A stretch of 52,954 nt of DNA from Parasitella parasitica NRRL 2501 (lineage: Eukaryota; Fungi; Mucoromycota), in contig MU619331.1 of assembly GCA_025201805.1 (NCBI GenBank), positions 73,778 through 126,731 of the forward strand, given 5' to 3'. Positions 50,646 to 52,954 of the stretch are shown here, one piece after another (the first letter of the stretch is position 1; each line of letters opens with the position of its first letter). Below the pieces are notes generated by a model, which saw only the letters and a list, made by a program, of their open reading frames with translations, made no database searches and was not told the DNA's origin. The position numbers were made by a program, and so were the translations under genes.

Positions 50646-51881
50646 ATGAAAATACCGCCTTTATCTGAGCCGCACCTACCGTATGCAACCAGGTTACCCA
50701 GCATCAAGTTACCTTCGCTAATCTATCCCAACAGAGACGAATGGTCGTTCAACGGTAATCAACAAACGATGAGTGGTTACTGTAACACACATATCGCTCA
50801 AAGAAAAATGTTAACAGACATTTTATTACCCCCTATCCTGCCTGCAAATTCTTATTCACCACCACCAAGCCTGCCTGATTCACCTCCGTATTCATCTTGC
50901 TCATCTTTATCTGTTTCATCGTTACCCTCATCTCCCGATTCAGTGCCTGATACATCTTTTAGTCATTGTCATGTTCCACAGCATCATCTAGCTTCAACAA
51001 CAACAACAACAAGGGTAACGAAACAGGGCTGCTCTATTCAATCATTGCTCAACTCGGGATCAGAACTACTTGCTCTTGAAAGAGAAGATCAACTGAATCG
51101 TTCAAGAAAAGGTTCAATCGCAGTGCAAAAGAAAAAGATCGACAAGAGAAAGAGAGCCTCACCTGCACCTTATTTTAACAACAGAAAGCAACCGCCAGCA
51201 ACAGCGACAGCAGCAGCGCTAGTAGATGACACCCGAAATACAAAGGGGCTGCGATTGTTTTCAAAGCAAGTTTGCGACAAAGTGGCTGAACGAGGCATCA
51301 CCACTTACAACGAAGTTGCAGACGAATTAGCAGCTGAAATTCAACAGAAAAGCACTTCGCCTGTAGATCAGAAAAACATTCGAAGACGCGTTTATGACGC
51401 CTTGAATGTATTGATGGCGATGGATATCATTACAAAAGATCGTAAACAGATAAAATGGCTAGGCTTACACCATCATCAACAGCAGCAACAGCAACAGCAA
51501 CAGCAATGTTATTCCACCGAGCAGATCATGCTTGAGCAAGAAATCCAGCAAGAGGAATCTCGTCAGAAGCATCTGCTTGCATCTATTGAAAAATCAAAAC
51601 ACGACTTGAATACAGCACTCGAGGATTTTGCCCGATTAGAGAAACTGGTCAAACGAAATCAACAACAACAAATACAAACACATATACAAACAGAACAACA
51701 AACGGAAGCCGTTCATTTACCCTTTTTCATGATCTCATCCAATGATAGCATTCACACACATTGGAGCCATAGTAAAGAGGCAGTTCTATACTCCAACTCA
51801 AACTGCACAGTTCACCATGACGTGGATATTTTAGCTAAACTTTGGCCGTCAACGTCAAACGCTCCAAATGTCGTTTCTTGA
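50646..51881 (+). CDS. E2F dimerisation partner (DP/TFDP-like) transcription factor
   Basis: KGLRLFSKQVCDKV...TTYNEVADEL...DQKNIRRRVYDALNVLMAMDII.K..K.IKWLGL; coiled coil, then LPF motif. Confidence 0.92.
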   Translation: MKIPPLSEPHLPYATRLPSIKLPSLIYPNRDEWSFNGNQQTMSGYCNTHIAQRKMLTDILLPPILPANSYSPPPSLPDSPPYSSCSSLSVSSLPSSPDSVPDTSFSHCHVPQHHLASTTTTTRVTKQGCSIQSLLNSGSELLALEREDQLNRSRKGSIAVQKKKIDKRKRASPAPYFNNRKQPPATATAAALVDDTRNTKGLRLFSKQVCDKVAERGITTYNEVADELAAEIQQKSTSPVDQKNIRRRVYDALNVLMAMDIITKDRKQIKWLGLHHHQQQQQQQQQQCYSTEQIMLEQEIQQEESRQKHLLASIEKSKHDLNTALEDFARLEKLVKRNQQQQIQTHIQTEQQTEAVHLPFFMISSNDSIHTHWSHSKEAVLYSNSNCTVHHDVDILAKLWPSTSNAPNVVS

Positions 51882-52954
51882 GTTACTACAATTTGTCAAT
51901 CACATTTCATTCATTATTTATTAATCATCTATGTCGCATACCTTTCCTTATACCCCTCAACCTCCCCTTCTTTACATTATATATATGTGTATATCTACAG
52001 TTCCCATTATATAACACACACAGACACACACACAAAAGATCCTATGCCCCCTTTTTTTATATTATTTGTATTAACATTCTCCTCCCCATCTTTTTAAATT
52101 ACTTATTTGTATGCCATATTTTTTATTTCCTTCCTTTTAAAAATCAATGTAAACAATCAATAAACTTTTTATCATATGTAATTAAACTAAAAACCGTATT
52201 AAATAAAACAGCCATTTTAAAGTTATAGCTGTCGTTGGGAAAAAAAATGAAAATGTTTGATTCTGTGAATTTTACATTTCATAACATACGAATGTCATCG
52301 CCAGTGGTAATAAGCAAAAAATTAAGTAAAACCCATAGTTCACAAAACAAAAAAAAAGCAATGAGTGAAGGGATATCAACATAACTGCTAGAGTAATATA
52401 TGCAAAAAATAAAAAAAATTAAAGTTAGTAATACGATCCTTCATACTTGACAAATAATGAGCAATACAGTAGATAACCTCTATACAAAAGGCTTCAGCCG
52501 ACTTGCACACGCGATTGCTATAAAGCAACCAATTAGTAAATGCGCCGACATCGTACCCGAATAGAACGATACGATCAAGTCGTGAAGTTACAATCGAGTA
52601 TAAGTTGAGATGTTACTCTATCATAAAATAAATATTAGCAAATCTGAAATATCACCTTTTTCTCTGCTTAAAGGCATCTTATTTGCAATCTCTAATATCT
52701 TTACAAACTATTAAGCAATAGACACACAACCTTGAGCCAAAATCTTGTTCTTTTGCACCATTCTACAACATACCCAAGTCTCATCCACTGATCACCTCTT
52801 TTCTCATATTTGCCTCTGTTTGGTCCCCAAACCTCGTATTCGATTTTCAGTTTTCAACTTTGGGTCGACCTTCAGGGTCATTTTCAGGTAAGGATTTGGG
52901 GTCCAAGCCAAGTATACATCCAGGTACTGGTATGATAACTGTACATCACTACGT

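Noticed and set aside
1-52954. U12-type introns, rRNA, tRNA, CRISPR arrays, intact transposons
   Set aside because: No RTATCCTT donors at the modelled junctions and no such elements recognised by eye.

Overview
AT-rich, gene-dense eukaryotic DNA with short spliceosomal introns (mostly 55-65 nt). It is most likely a Mucorales (Mucoromycota) fungus, given a Zn2Cys6 factor alongside an E2F/DP-family gene, an EAF-like gene and an intronless F-box/LRR gene. About 21 protein genes could be reconstructed by hand, several of them missed or fragmented by the ORF track: REV3, ATP15, CNBP/GIS2, a THUMP methyltransferase, VPS26, a HAL/NPR kinase, a cyclase, DEK-C/SWIB, a ZIP transporter, EAF, a tail-anchored orphan, an SH3 protein, YRA1/ALY, a small orphan, mito-L3, a Zn2Cys6 TF, a secreted lipocalin-like protein, F-box/LRR, a Rho GTPase, CBS-PB1 and DP. 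The signals not explained by these genes are: (1) a ~260-nt, GC-richer, multi-stem element at ~12063-12323 (- strand) with a canonical Sm site followed by a 3' hairpin, in which I find no known spliceosomal snRNA signature (candidate novel Sm-class ncRNA); (2) a ~300-bp degenerate inverted repeat upstream of REV3; (3) long first introns with cryptic stop-generating acceptors in two RNA-binding-protein genes; (4) a heavily glycosylated secreted lipocalin-like orphan. All calls were made by eye, with no database searches or folding runs.
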